Of a stretch of DNA of 64,000 nt, positions 23,018 to 36,400 are shown one piece after another. Below the pieces are notes generated by a model that had not been told where the DNA came from, ran no database searches, and saw only the letters and a list, made by a program, of their open reading frames with translations. A program made the position numbers and the translations under genes. Positions within the stretch are counted from its first letter, which is position 1, and the number at the start of each line of letters is the position of its first letter. Source of the DNA: Paraphysomonas bandaiensis (lineage: Eukaryota; Protista; Chrysophyceae); contig CBFFRP010000298.1 of NCBI GenBank assembly GCA_965644295.1, positions 625,505 through 689,504 on the forward strand, written 5' to 3'.

Positions 23018-25740
23018 TTAATAGTCACCATTAAACTCCCTGTGAAATGTAGCTTCATCATCTAGCCAATTCAACAATTTCTTGGCCTTTAGTGCGGTGC
23101 TAGATGCCCACTCTGTGCGGTGACCGTGAACATATGTGGCGTACGTTGTCTTTCCAGTTGCTGCAAATGTATACTTAAGTATTCCGTGTGGCCGGCCATT
23201 GCTGAAATTACCCTCCAGCTTATCACCATTTACGTAAGTTGCCTCCCCTGTACACAAGTGAATATATTTCATAATCTGCACAAAAGGTAAGTGTACCTTC
23301 TCCTTCCTTTACGTCTTCCACCCACGTACCCTTGTATTGCTTGAACCTATATAGGCTTCCAACCCCGCTGATGAACATTCTCTTAGGGTCACCACTCTCT
23401 CCATCTCTTAAATAGGTTTGTGATCCTTGTCCATGTCGCTTTCCACGCCGCATCTCACCTGAATATGTTCTTCCATCCTGACACACAAATTCACCCACCC
23501 CATCGAAATATCCAATGCTGAACTGCCCCGTATAAACACAATAACCCTCGCCTTTATGACGAACGCCCATTGGACACACATACTTGACATTATTGGTGTT
23601 CCCAAATTCCTAATACACCAACCACAGTTTTAAATATAGCGCGATATATATTAACGTGTAGCTCGGGACTCATACATAGAATGCATATATCACCTCAGAG
23701 CCCATCCCATGTCTGAGACCATTCCAAAACTCCCCTCTATATTTCCCACCCTCTGTCTTCTGCAGCACGCCACTTCCATGCATATTATCGTCTTTCCATG
23801 CACCTTCGTATCTATTTCCACCTTTCCACACCCTTACACCAAGTCCGTTGCGCTTCCCATTGGGATCAGGAAAACTAATTCCAGACACGGGATTCATGCT
23901 CCTATTCACATATTCACCCTGCCACAGAGATCACCACATCAAAATACAGATTTTCACTTGAAATCACCTCATAATAACCTCCATCACTCCATATAAACTT
24001 CCCTTGGCCGTAGAAAAACCCGTGCATAAAACTTCCTTCATAGCGGTCCCCACTGGCATACCGCATTACACCTTTTCCATGCTTGTGTGCCTCAACCCAG
24101 GATCCAATGTATTGGTCACCTACACAGCCAATGAGCTCAAATACTCACATTATCACTTGCCCACCATTGGCATATGACATGACGCCATCACCGTTAATGC
24201 GGCCGTTGTAGAAGCTGCCAGTAAATCGATTGCCATTTACAAAGATCCTCACCCCTCGACCTTGAGGCTTTCCTTTGAACCACTCACCCTTATAGCTGCC
24301 CTGGTTCCGCCTCCATTTAAATTCTCCATTACCATGAAAGTATCCAGCCTTCATTCCTCCAGTATACTCATCCCCGGTGTGGTATTTCACAGAGTTATTC
24401 TCACCACTGGCCCGTCCCTTGAACCACTCTCCTTCATACACGTCTCCCGCGCTAGTCTTGAGGACGCCATGACCGTGATACAAATCATTCTCAAACATTC
24501 CAGTATATGTATCATTCTTAGCGGAAACATAAAGCCCTTTACCATGCTTCTTTCCACACTTAAAAGATCCTTCATAACGATGTCGAGCTGATCGATCGCC
24601 GTGCTCATTGACACCAGCATATATAAGCAGTCCAAAGCCCTCTGGCAAATCATTCACAAACTCCCCCACATACTTATTACCATTGCTATATCGTAGAGTA
24701 CCTCTTCCATGCTTTAACCCATCCACAAACTCACCCTTAACAGTGTTGCGTTATACAGTCACAGTCACAGTCACTGTGTATACACACACCTCATAGATAT
24801 CTTTATTGGCATATATGCGCTTTCCTTTCCTGTATACTCTTCCATCATCTGTGAGCTTTATTCCTTTACTAGGCATACTTATCAGTGCCCATTACGACAT
24901 GCACATGCACCGATCCACAGAGAGATATCGACAGTTACCACTCCATAATATAATGCACGTATGTATGTATGTATGTATGTATGTATGTATGTATGTATGT
25001 ATGTATGTATGTATGTATGTATGTATGTATGTATGTATGTATGTATGTATGTATGTATGTATGTATGTATGTATGTATGTATGTATGTATGTATGTATGT
25101 ATGTATGTATGTATGTATGTATGTATGTATGTATGTATGTATGTATGTATGTATGTATGTATGTATGTATGTATGTATGTATGTATGTATGTATGTATGT
25201 ATGTATGTATGTATGTATGTATGTATGTATGTATGTATGTATGTATGTATGTATGTATGTATGTATGTATGTATGTATGTATGTATGTATGTATGTATGT
25301 ATGTATGTATGTATGTATGTATGTATGTATGTATGTATGTATGTATGTATGTATGTGTGTATGTATGTATGTATGTATGTATGTATGTATGTATGTATGT
25401 ATGTATGTATGTATGTATGTATGTATGTATGTATGTATGTATGTATGTATGTATGTATGTATGTATGTATGTATGTATGTATGTATGTATGTATGTATGT
25501 ATGTATGTATGTATGTATGTATGTATGTATGTATGTATGTATGTACTTGTTGGCATGTACCTGTAGGTTTGTACTTGTACAGGAGGGATATCCTGACGAT
25601 GCCTTTAGTCGACTGCTATGTGTCCATACATGCCCACCTGTCTGAGTGAAGGGTGAGAATTTCAATTCCACCTCTTCAAACTATCTATCTAGATGGGCTT
25701 ATTCCTCACCTACCTCACCTGAAAGACGATATGAGTCCAT
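23018..25740 (-). CDS. MORN-repeat protein (RSPH10B/MORN-like), multi-exon
   Basis: Many YxGxF/WxxGxxxGxG repeats across ORFs 24145-24726, 23670-23909, 23223-23579 and 23018-23281, joined by GT-AG introns. The 5' exons near 25561-25740 are tentative. Confidence 0.85.
24959..25545. repeat. (ATGT)n microsatellite, ~146 units, one substitution at 25357
   Basis: Directly visible. Lies in a predicted intron of the MORN gene (minus-strand donor GTACAT at 25560). Confidence 0.99.
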
Positions 25741-25811
25741 AGACTGTTCATCTCATTATTCTCATCACTAAAGCACACTGAGGACGACAGTCACATTAAT
25801 AAACTGTTCCA

Positions 25812-28711
25812 ATGTATTTATCTTCAGATACATCGAAAGCCACTATATTCGCCTTATGTTCCGTATCGGCTCTTCAGTCTTTTCTCCCATATGTCTTAGG
25901 CTTATCCCTGCAGTGTGAGGTGGAGCCCTCGGAATATAATGGAGCTGTCAGTTCTGATATTGTGAAGCATATGAACTTTTCTATGATGGTTGTATCTCTG
26001 ATGCTTTCATTCGAGGCTCTACTGGATTACAATGCTCTCGATCTGCCTGCTTGGATTGTACATCCCCGGTGCTTACTCATTTTAGGGCACCTGTCCACGA
26101 GTGTAGTGCTGTATGCTGTAGACAATGTTGACCACAGACAGCTCGTGTTGGCTATTTGTTGTCATTACGCTCGCAATTCCATATTTTGTGGGTGCGTTTT
26201 AATACAATTCTTCAACGACACACGAACTGCGAATATGCAGCGCTACCTAATTGTTATATTTGCTATTCTTATATCCACTAATATATACTACTTATGGTAT
26301 CCGTTCGTAATAACTTCAAGTGCAGTACATCACACAGTACACACGATTCTGGTTGTTATATGTTGTGCGATGGCATTGCTGTACTGTGGTGACGGTTTAC
26401 GCATGTACATCACTGTGCTGCGTCCTGGTCAAAGTGCGACTGTGATAGAGAAGTATACTATGTTAAATTACCTGTGCGTGGGTGTATTTTTCTTTGGTAT
26501 CGTTATTGTGAACTATGCACATGATGCTCCGACGTGGTCATCAGCATCGAGAAGCGAGTTAGCGTGGTACTTAGGCCTTCATATGACTATTTTAGTAGCA
26601 GAGTTTTTGATACCAACGAAGATGGCCCAGCATAAAGCTGCATTAATGAAGGTAGGTAGTGCAAGTCCCTGCTGACACTGTATAATGGACTGGTAGGGTA
26701 TACTTAAGTCGAAAAAGAATTTCGTGCGTTATATATCGCATGAGATTCGAACCCCATTAAACACAGGTGTGGTTTTGTCAATATAACTGCGATAAAATGT
26801 AATACCGTGTGCAGTTTACATGGGCCTACAACTACTTTCCCCATCTTCAGTCACACTAAAATCCCTTTCAACGGGATCAGACACGCGTAGTCAAGTGCAG
26901 AGTACTGTCTCCGATTTATGCGAATCCTGCGAAACCGCGATTGAAATTCTGAATGATCTTCTTTTGTATGACAAAATAGAAGAAGGAAACTTAATTCTTT
27001 TTAGGGAAACTGTGGTGGTGAGCTCCTTTCTAAGAAAAATTATCAAGCCCTTTGAAATACAGGTTCGGACCTATTATAATATTTACGATTTAGTATATGC
27101 GATATGTCATTGACGTTTACTGCTACTCTTCTTGCATTTGTTGTGTATACCTGTATAAACGGCGAAAACAATTTCTCACAAGTTCCTTTGTCTTTCACCT
27201 AGGCTGCTGCATCATCTGTGGCATTAGAATTTGATGAGCAGTGCAGTAACACCCCTCTCTCTTGTATTACAATATCTGTCGACAACAGCAAATTTTCCCA
27301 AGTGTTACGGAATCTAATCAGTAATGCACTTAAATTTACTCCCTCTTTTGGCAGAGTGACTGTCAAATGCTCTTTCATTCCAGAATGTGTCTACAGTCGG
27401 TCATTTTCAGGCAGTCGAAGGGAAAGGTCGCGGCAGTTTCATACATTGGTGCATAACGTGAGCAACGTACAGAAGATATACTGCGGTGGAGAGGTATCGC
27501 CTGGAGTGAGTGAGAAGGGAAGACTTCGTATCGAGGTTAAAGACTCAGGTCCAGGAATATTACCGGTAAAATGCGTTTTGTTCAATCATACACCTGTAGC
27601 TATTTATTCGATTGATCTGACCAACCCGTATTGCTAGGAAAACCAGGGGAAACTATTCAATTCCATCGTTCAATTTGATGCTGCAGCTCTTCAGAACGGC
27701 AAGGGTTCAGGGCTGGGTCTCTATTGTACGTGTCTGTGTTGCTTATGCAGAGTATTGTTGTAATCGTACTACCCACTCTGCAGAGTGCATTTATTGGCAC
27801 TCTACTCACATTTGCTTTTGTCCGTGATCGTGGTTGATATCTGTTTTTTCTAGTGACAAATGCTATAATTCAGCGACATGGTGGAAGCATTGGTGTAGTA
27901 TCATCGGGGATACCTGGCGAGGGGTCTCTCTTCTATGTTGAGATTGAAGCACTTAGGTCGCTCACAGATCTTATTCACGCAAACCCTGACAAAGAAGCTT
28001 CAATGTCTTCACGACAGCGAATTCCTTTATTGCCTGTAAATGGGGCTAGTGTTACATCGAATTGTTCCGACCTGCAATTGTCGAGTTTTCGACATATGTC
28101 TGGTAGCTGCAGCAGTGAGATATTAGAAACTCCTAAAGTTTTCTCTCGAGCTCTCGTGTGTGATGATTCGCGGCTTAATCGTAAAATGATTGCTGCAGCC
28201 ATCAAAAACCGCTTTGATGCGATTGACCAAGTGTGTACTTTTTTTCGTGAATATATTATAATGTACTGACTGATTTGATATTGCAGGCCGAAAACGGTGC
28301 AGTCGCAGTTGAAATGGTTCGAAACTCGTTACATGACGGTAATTTATACAGTGTAGTTTTTATGGACTGCGTAATGCCGGTCATGAATGGGCTGGATGCA
28401 ACGAGAGAAATGCGGTCCTTAGGATTTGAAGAACCCATTATTGCTGTTACTGGCAATGCTTTGCAGGATGATATTACAGCCTTCCGAACTGCAGGTGCAA
28501 ATAGAGTAATTAGCAAGCCGATAAATATTTCGAGCTTAGAGGAAGTTTTCAGAGGTATACCGCCGCTTTGCTGCATGCTGTTGTTTACGTTTGACGTCGT
28601 TCAGATATAGCAAGGACACACATAAACAAGACATCTGTACAAGACCTTGAGAACCACCATACTTCAGAAGTATGTGAGGAAATTCAAGTTAGCAGTGTTG
28701 ACGATGTGTGA
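25812..28711 (+). CDS. Hybrid histidine kinase: multi-TM sensor + HisKA + HATPase + receiver, 8 exons
   Basis: About 7-8 hydrophobic helices. H-box RYISHEIRTPLN (His codon 26739-26741), N-box QVLRNLISNALKFT, VKDSGPGI, GKGSGLGL, GEGSLF. Receiver motifs VCDDSRLNR..VVFMDCVMPVMNG..IIAVTGNA..ISKP. Stop at 28709-28711. Confidence 0.93.
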
Positions 28712-29245
28712 TTAATTTTCCAATTGACGTTTCATTTATTAAAAGCATGTTGTTGTTGATATTATATTGTAATACTACTTCCTGTGACATAGCTGTAGAC
28801 TAATAGTGTTGTAAATTAATTGAAAATAGATTGCTCGACAGGTATACTTGAAGGTCATGCACAAGTTGGAAGCTGTTTTACGTTGTGTATTCCTTTCCTC
28901 TTTGCCACGATGTGATGACCTGGTTAAATATGAGAAAGATATCTGATGCATAAAGCTTTATTAAATATTGCAAAAGCATTAATGCTACAGTTATTCCTAG
29001 AACCGCTAACACGTAGTTCACTTAGATCGGTGTTCTTGATTTCATTGATATCAAACTATCTCATCAGTCGACATCAAGGGATATCAAATATGCAACATTG
29101 CTATATGTGTTGAGTCTGCAATATAATGTAATATATATTGTGCAGTTGAAGTGAGTTAATAGTGTACAATAGGTGAATTCAACTCAGACGTGTAACGGGT
29201 GATTATAGTTAGAAAGGAATTAAATTCAGTTACTGATGTGTGACT

Positions 29246-29410
29246 AGCTTGCGGCGACGCACAAGCAGCTTCTGTAGCGTTAAATAGTAGGATAATAGAA
29301 TTTGTGCTGATTAGTTATGGGTAGAGGTCTAACTAGTAGACTAGTATTCAACTAGCCGCTATATCGGAACGGGTTTTTAACGCCTATTGCTAAATAAAAA
29401 GACATTCAAT
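29246..29410 (+). repeat. Interspersed repeat family R, copy D (5'-truncated at the hairpin)
   Basis: GCTTGCGGCGACGCACAAGCAGCTTCTGTAGCGTTAAATAGTAGGA ... TTAACGCCTATTGCTAAATAAAAAGACATTCA. Confidence 0.85.
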
Positions 29411-30335
29411 ATATGTGTGACTATATAAGATATAGGAGTTACCGGTGGGCATATGATAAACAGATGATGTTGCTGAGAACAGATGCTTCACCAGATGTTA
29501 CACGAATATGTAATGAAGTGTTCAGATTAATAATTATAGTATCTTACTTGAAACTGCGTTGTGTTCAACAAAGCAAGACTAAGGTTTACGTGTAGAGCGA
29601 AGTTAACTTCAGTGAAATCCACCTGTGCATGCCACATGTAATGTACTTATAGTTATATTTAACCACGGGTATATTGTTCCGCGCTTAAAATTTTGAGGCG
29701 AGGAAGAAAAGCCCGAGATCTAAAATGTGGATAAGGAACGATACTCCTTGTCCCTATAGGTGAAATTGTAACTTATCCTCATGATATATCGAAAGCTTAT
29801 ATATCTAGAATCAAGAATCTATAGCTATCTGTAGCTTTGCTTGCTGTTAAAGGAAGTAGGCGTTCCCACCTTAAAATTAAGAAAACAAAGAAAAATCAAT
29901 AGGACTTTTAAGTAAGCTTAGGAATGACAACTGTGCTAGATTAATCCAAAACTATAATGGATGATGCCCACAACAAGTCGTAATTAAGATTGAAGAGAGT
30001 TTCTGTTCGAACCGGAATATTGAAATGGATAATCTATATTTGCCAGGTGCAAATATAAGCGTTCTGTTGACCCAATTCAGGTCAAGAAACACCCTTTTGG
30101 AACAATATGGAGATAAATACAATGTAGAACTCTTTGACGCTATGACTGTACACGATATCCCTGAAGCAAAGACATCGAAGAAAGGAAGTGCTGTACTTGT
30201 AGACAAAGAAATAGTCAGCGGTAAGAAACACAGTAAGTGTAATCGATAGTCATAACTTAGAACAATTTCATATTCGAAAACGATGTAGTCTAAGAATCGT
30301 GCAGTAAAGTGACTTCTAAATTACACGTCGGTAAA

Positions 30336-31460
30336 CTAACACTTCTCTTTATTAGCATGATAGGTGACACTCATGTGGGGATATCTATCCCCTTGCACAG
30401 GGTGGCTGGACAGAATACCGTCAATTTCAATCAAGTCTTCACTCGATAGCCTAACTTCCAAGGCCTGCAGATTTTCTTGCAAATGTTCAATGCTGGTGGT
30501 ACCAGGAATAGGGATAACATCGTCTCCTTGTGCATGCAGCCACGCCAGTGCAAGCTGTGCCATCGTGCAATTCTTACGTTTAGCAACGGTTTCAAGAGCT
30601 TCTACTATAGAAATGTTGTGTTGCAGATGTTCTCCAATAAACCGTGGGTTTATTTTGCGATAATCATCATCACTCCACCCCATTTCCTCCAAATTCCGTA
30701 TATGCCCAGTTAGAAACCCTCTGCCTAATGGGGAATACGCCACGATTTTAATACCTAAGTCCCTAACACAAAACATGTATGAGTTATATAGTTCGCCATA
30801 CCTTACCCATACACCAGCACTTACAAGAGATGCACTATAAAATCCATTTCATGTCGACAATTAGACATACCTGCAAGTGGGTATAATTTCCTCTTCAGCA
30901 TCACGAGACCACAGACTCCACTCCTGCTCTATATAGTCAATAGGAAATATCTTATGAGCTGCTTTGATAACCCCCGCACTAGCCTCGGATAATCCAATTG
31001 CGCGGGCTTTGCCCTCATCAACCATTGCCTTTAAGCCTCTCATGCTCTCTTCGAGTGGAATATCTTGAGGCACTCGACAGAGAACCACAATATCAATATA
31101 ATCTACACCCAAAGTCTCAAGCGCATAATCTACATCAGCTCTTATGCCAGCCTCATCCCCTCTATTCACCCACACTGTCCCAGTCTTCTCAACAGGACAC
31201 CGTGTGTCCATTGCCACCTTAACCATTAGCTGAAGTTTCGATCTGTCAACAGTTTCAAGACATTTCTTAAGTAACCTGAGGTTACTTCCATATCCCTCTT
31301 CATTAAGGGGTCCATAGAATGTTGCAGTGTTAAATAGAGTGACGCCTGAAGACACAGCCGCTTGAAACACCTCGATATTACGAGCCTCATTCGTCTTGTC
31401 GGCTGAATAAAAGGCACTCATTCCCATCATCCCAAACCCTTGTGGAAATATCTTACTCAT
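30336..31460 (-). CDS. Aldo-keto reductase (AKR13/AKR8 pyridoxal-reductase-like), 2 exons
   Basis: GFGMMGMS, NTATFYG, GKARAIGLSE, EWSLW, AYSPLGRG, AQLALAW, PIPGT motifs. Intron 30763-30870 is in phase. Confidence 0.92.
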
Positions 31461-31950
31461 GTTGTGTTGTGTTATGAGTCTTCTATATAGTATCGACTAG
31501 TATGCGGAGTATCATACAGTCATATTCATACTTTAGTTATCGGCAGCTACGAATAGAAGTTTCCAAGAGTGTGAATGGAACTACAGTACAATACCAATGG
31601 AATACAGCAGAGTATGTGTGGGTATTCTTGTACGTCGATGTTGTCCTCCACTTTGTATACTGCACCGGTATACGGTATACCAATATCGTAGTGTGTCTAT
31701 CATAGAAACCTGTTTGCCCCATTCTGTAATCGTATGTCATAGCCAAATCTCCGTACTGCTACATAATCACCAATTATTGCAGCTACTCTGCCGTATTTAC
31801 ATGATAACGTTATGGTTTCGGGTTCATATCACACAAACGAATTATAGAACTCACACTAATATTGTGGGAAATTGTAAATGTATAAGTGAATGATAGGATG
31901 AAACTTGCTGTCACAGCCCTTGACCTGTTGCTATTGTTTTCTTTTATATA

Positions 31951-32418
31951 ATGGCTGACGACGATAGCTCAGTTTCATCAGTGCAGTCGGTGTCTCTTAT
32001 GGAGTATGCGTCATCTGACCCTAACCACTCACCCATGAAGGGGATGATGCATTTCGGGAACGAGGAATCTATATCAGACTTATGCATTAATGTGACTCCG
32101 AGCTTTGCAGAGTGTAAAGATAATGGATACTATGAAACTGAGAATAGTGAATGCGAATATGCACCATCTGACTGCACTCTACGCGCAGACAGTAGAGAAC
32201 AGTCTACCAGTTTAGATTCGTACTGTGAAAATCCAGGAATCAATGAAGGTTGGTTGTCTAAGCAGGAGTTAGACAGTGCCGAGTATTTTGTTGATGACTC
32301 AGAAGAATTACCTCCATGCCCACAACTACATATTGCTTTTGTGGATAATGCGAAAGGTTTAAGTAGCAATTCACTTGCTCTACAACAACGAAAGAAATAT
32401 TGGTGGTTATGCTGTTGA
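31951..32418 (+). CDS. Hypothetical acidic/Ser-rich protein, 155 aa, ending RKKYWWLCC
   Basis: ATG-initiated ORF of low-complexity composition. The basic/aromatic/CC C-terminus suggests a lipid anchor. Confidence 0.6.
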   Translation: MADDDSSVSSVQSVSLMEYASSDPNHSPMKGMMHFGNEESISDLCINVTPSFAECKDNGYYETENSECEYAPSDCTLRADSREQSTSLDSYCENPGINEGWLSKQELDSAEYFVDDSEELPPCPQLHIAFVDNAKGLSSNSLALQQRKKYWWLCC

Positions 32419-32829
32419 ATTTTTTATAGAGATGTCGTGTATCTTAGTGATTTGTTTTCGACCTTCTCAGCTAAATTATATTGTACGACAACAAATGTTG
32501 CGTCAGTGCAGAATATTATATTTGAATTAGATCACGATTTCTACGCATTTTAGTAACAGTAAGATATTATTCAGAAACTCTCCTTTATATATGTTAATCG
32601 TTAGTTAAGAAATGTGCGTTACCTTCACAATTACTAGTGTCACGATTGGGCATAGCAAAATAAGACATAGCAAAGTTCCAAAGTGACTGATACTACCATA
32701 GGGTGACGACTTAATGAAAACACTTGTATCCCTGTTCATAATTTATCTAGAAATTTTACTCTTTTCCTTAAGTTCAAATGCAAGCTGGACTGAGCGGCTT
32801 CCCACTTTAACCTGTTACTCGTTTTTATG

Positions 32830-33400
32830 CCCTCAACAAAGTCGGACTTACACCTTTTCATGATGTTCTGGGGGATAAGTACTGGAGATATTTCTCCGGG
32901 AAACTAACGTGAGCCGCAAACATAGACAGCAGATAATGTTCCACCCACTCATTAGCCTACTAATGCTTCTTGTTGCAAGAGGGACACTAATAAGTGTCAC
33001 TTGTGTAGACGTCTTTGGGCCTTGACGAATGAACAGGCACCCGGGAATGGGCCACCTCAAGGACATCCGGGACAGGGCCCACCTCAAGGGTAACCGGGGT
33101 ATTGGGCTGCCTGCTGAAGTCAAGCATCCGGGATGTTCACCTTAAGGACTCAAAAATCCTGAAGTCAGGTATATCAACTTTCTGCTTGCTCACGGCGTTT
33201 GCTTTGAGTGATAGAGTGGAGGTGGTTGCACCTTGGTGCTTGCGGCGACACACAAGCTGCTTTCGTAGCGTTATATAGTAGGCTAATAGACTCTGTACTA
33301 GTTAGTTACAGGTAGACTTCTATCTAGCTTGACTAGTTTTCATCTAGCTACTAAACCGATGCTGATTCTTAACGCCCTTTTGCGAATAATAAGACTTTCA
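32830..33400 (+). repeat. Interspersed repeat family R, copy E (most complete, ~570 bp)
   Basis: CCCTCAACAAAGTCGGACT start, three CA(T/C)CCGGGA..CACCT(C/T)AAGG subrepeats, hairpin core and AATAATAAGAC tail. Confidence 0.85.
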
Positions 33401-34230
33401 AAATCGTTTTTATGTGTTTATTGCTATTACAGAATTATATTATATATATTTAGTTAACTGGTAGCTTAGGGTGTAACCCGATGGGTGGGACACCGTACAT
33501 CAGGCGAGCGCAAGTCCCTCACGTGTAATAAACTACTATCCCATCAATCTTCAGTTAAACTTTTCCCATTTCTGTGATACTGCACATCTCGTAATGAACC
33601 TCCCCAATGCCGAAGTAGTCACAAAAGCCTGATGATTGTTACTGCTAGTACTGCCTGCTCTTCCCTAGCTACGTTCACAGTTTCTACAAAAACATTAAGA
33701 AAGCCGTGTGGTGCTTTCGACAATATCCAGCAGCTAGATATATACATAGATATCCATGTCTAATACTCTACATATGCTGACTGTATATTGGGGGTTTTAT
33801 GCAAGAAAGCCCGTTCTAAGTGAATTCGGTCACCATAACGCGAGTGCACTGTATACTACGTCGTACAACATAGTAGGTATACGAAGTACGATATCTAGAT
33901 ATGTGGTACGAAGTATATGATGTTGAGTATACTAAAGTGGCATCAAACCAATCAAATGTATTAACAATAATTTAAAGTTATTTTATTGGATAAAAGACTT
34001 GCGACACCTGCTTGCTTCAGTGACGATAAGAAACTTCGACTTTCTACTTCCTGTAAGTGGAGCTCATGTACACAGTGCATACACAGTATCGTATGATGCG
34101 TGTGGCTTATATACTAAGCAGTAACGAATAAGTTAATATCACATAAATCTTAATGGTCAGTATACGTAATAAACATACCCTCCCTGCTCAGCAGAAATAG
34201 ATTCCTACTCCAGGAGACAAATTGTGACTT

Positions 34231-36400
34231 ATGGGCAGCGCTTCATCTACATCACATTACCAGAGCGCCTATCAGCCCCCTCCAATTGTAAGTATGAAAT
34301 CTACATGTAAAACAGAGCGATTACTCGATACACCACTTGGAAATAATAGACGAAGACATAATATTCTTCAGCGGGCGACGACTTCGAATGCCGATAAAGA
34401 TTTTCTTGAACTCATGCATCAAGAAGCTACTTTTGAGTCCGATAAATCAGTTGAAAAGCTGCTTCGGAACAGTATTCATGCGTTCTTCTTTCTTGAATCC
34501 GATAATGATATGGTTGTGAACTTGATACTTAAGGCACTTCGAAGAGAGACGTCGGATGCGGATGATGTAATTGTGAAAGAAGGAGATGAAGGATCCAAAT
34601 TATATATTTTGCAGAGTGGACAAATTGAGGTCACAATAAAGAACGAGATAATTCGCCGAATGGAGCCAGGGACTTTATTCGGCGAGCTAGCGCTACTCTA
34701 TGATGCTCCGCGTAGTGCTACAGTGAAATGTGTTTCTGACTGTATCTTTTGGTCATTGGAGAGAGACATATATCAAACTATTCAGCGTAATACAACATCA
34801 GCCACATTGAAGCAAAAATGTAAATGGCTGACAAATTGTCCTGAATTATCCAATATAGGCTCCTTGCAAATGTCAAGGCTTCTCCAGGTGCTGCATAAGC
34901 AAGAAGCAAGAGAAGGTGATTTGATATGCAGCCAAGGTGATATCTGTGATCATGTGATACTTGTTGAGAGTGGAAGGGTGTTGGTGAAGTTGCCACTAGA
35001 GTTAGACCATTCAAAATGTAATATTGATGAGATACTGGGCATCATACGCCCACCATGTGCAACTACAAACATTCAAAAGAGTAGTACGGACTGCAGCTGT
35101 TTTCACACTCTCTCCGAAGGGTGTATCATTGGTATGCATGTAGTGAAAGCCCACAACTCAAAGATCTCCAGTGGTAAGTGGAAGTATAATGAAGGAAACG
35201 TTACTTGCCCAGTTACTCTTGTGGCCGCTGAATACACGCAATACTCGTTATTTCCAATTGACTTTCTGGAGAGATTATTGCCCATTGGACTGAATGATAT
35301 AACGACACCGTCTCCATCTGCCAAGAACGCTCATGCTGTAACGACAAAATCCCCATGTAAGTATACACATTTCAAGTACACTAAAATGAGAATCGATCGA
35401 ATGATTGGTCAAGGTGGGTATGGTACAGTTGTACTGGGGTATTATGATCAGGATCCGGAACCGTATGCAGTCAAACTCATGAGCAAATCGACCATCGTCA
35501 ACAATGGTCATGTACAACATGTGGCCGACGAACGCGCTTTACTAGCATCATTTTCTTGTCCTTTTGTCTTAAAGCTTTACGGGTCCTATCAAACTCCGGA
35601 TGCTGTTGGACTGGTCACGGAGTATCTTGACCGGGGAGATTTGTGGAGTGCGATATATGAGAATCCAAAGTATGAGGAGAGTATTTCTATTATTTATTTT
35701 ATATTTATTTACTATGCCTTCCTTTGCGTAACAATGACATTCAGAATACTTGGCTCCTGAATTCATATTCTCTAATGGGAATGATCATGGAGTAGATCTA
35801 TGGGCACTTGGAGTAATCATGCATGAGATGTATATGCTGAAAACTCCATTTGCCTCAGTTCAAGATTCAACGGACATGCAAAAGCTCTTCACTGCTATCG
35901 CCAACGTTAAGGTGTGTAATGAAATATGTTGTGCACTCTAGCTGTGTCCATTATTTACACGAGTTATATTTCCAATGAATTTATAGGCCAAAGGTAATGC
36001 GGATTTGGATGTCAAAATCGACGTAAAGGACAAGACGTCATATGCTCGAAGCCTGATGACACATCTGTTGGCAGGAGACCCTTCCGAGTAAGTTAGTGTG
36101 GAACTGATTTTTTAAGTACTGGCATCGTAAACGTAGATATAATTTCTCAAAGCTCTTGTCTTGAAGAATATCTTTTAACAATTTCATTTCAGCCGTACTG
36201 GATACTCAGACTATAGCACACGAACTATTCTAGATGACCCCTTTTTTACTAAGAGTGATGTCATTTCTGTGGAGAATGGAACCTACGTCCCGAGATATAT
36301 ACCTTGTCCGCGGCAAAATAATGTCAATGAGGGCGAAGTGAACTTGTCAGAAAAATTTGAATCATACTCAGGGATACAAGATATATTTCAAGATTTCTGA
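34231..36400 (+). CDS. cGMP-dependent protein kinase-like gene lacking kinase subdomains VI-VII (pseudokinase or pseudogene)
   Basis: MGSASS start, cNMP domain FGELALLYDAPRSATV and a second degenerate cNMP domain. GQGGYG, YAVK and GDLW are followed directly by YLAPE, DLWALG and the C-terminal IFQDF*. No HRD or DFG between 35670 and 35745. Confidence 0.8.

Noticed and set aside
24806-25671. ORFs of MYVC/HTYI repeats
   Set aside because: Translation artefacts of the (ATGT)n microsatellite.
25812-26651. Histidine-kinase rhodopsin
   Set aside because: No recognisable helix C RYxxW or helix G DxxxK retinal motif.
29690-30260. Possible gene fragment (74-aa ORF 30025-30249)
   Set aside because: No recognisable motif or coherent exon chain. 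At best a decayed relic.
33036-33135. HDV-like ribozyme (CCC-ACCTCAA-GGG resembles a P3/L3 element)
   Set aside because: P1 and P2 could not be paired consistently, and copy H breaks P3. A covariance search would be needed.
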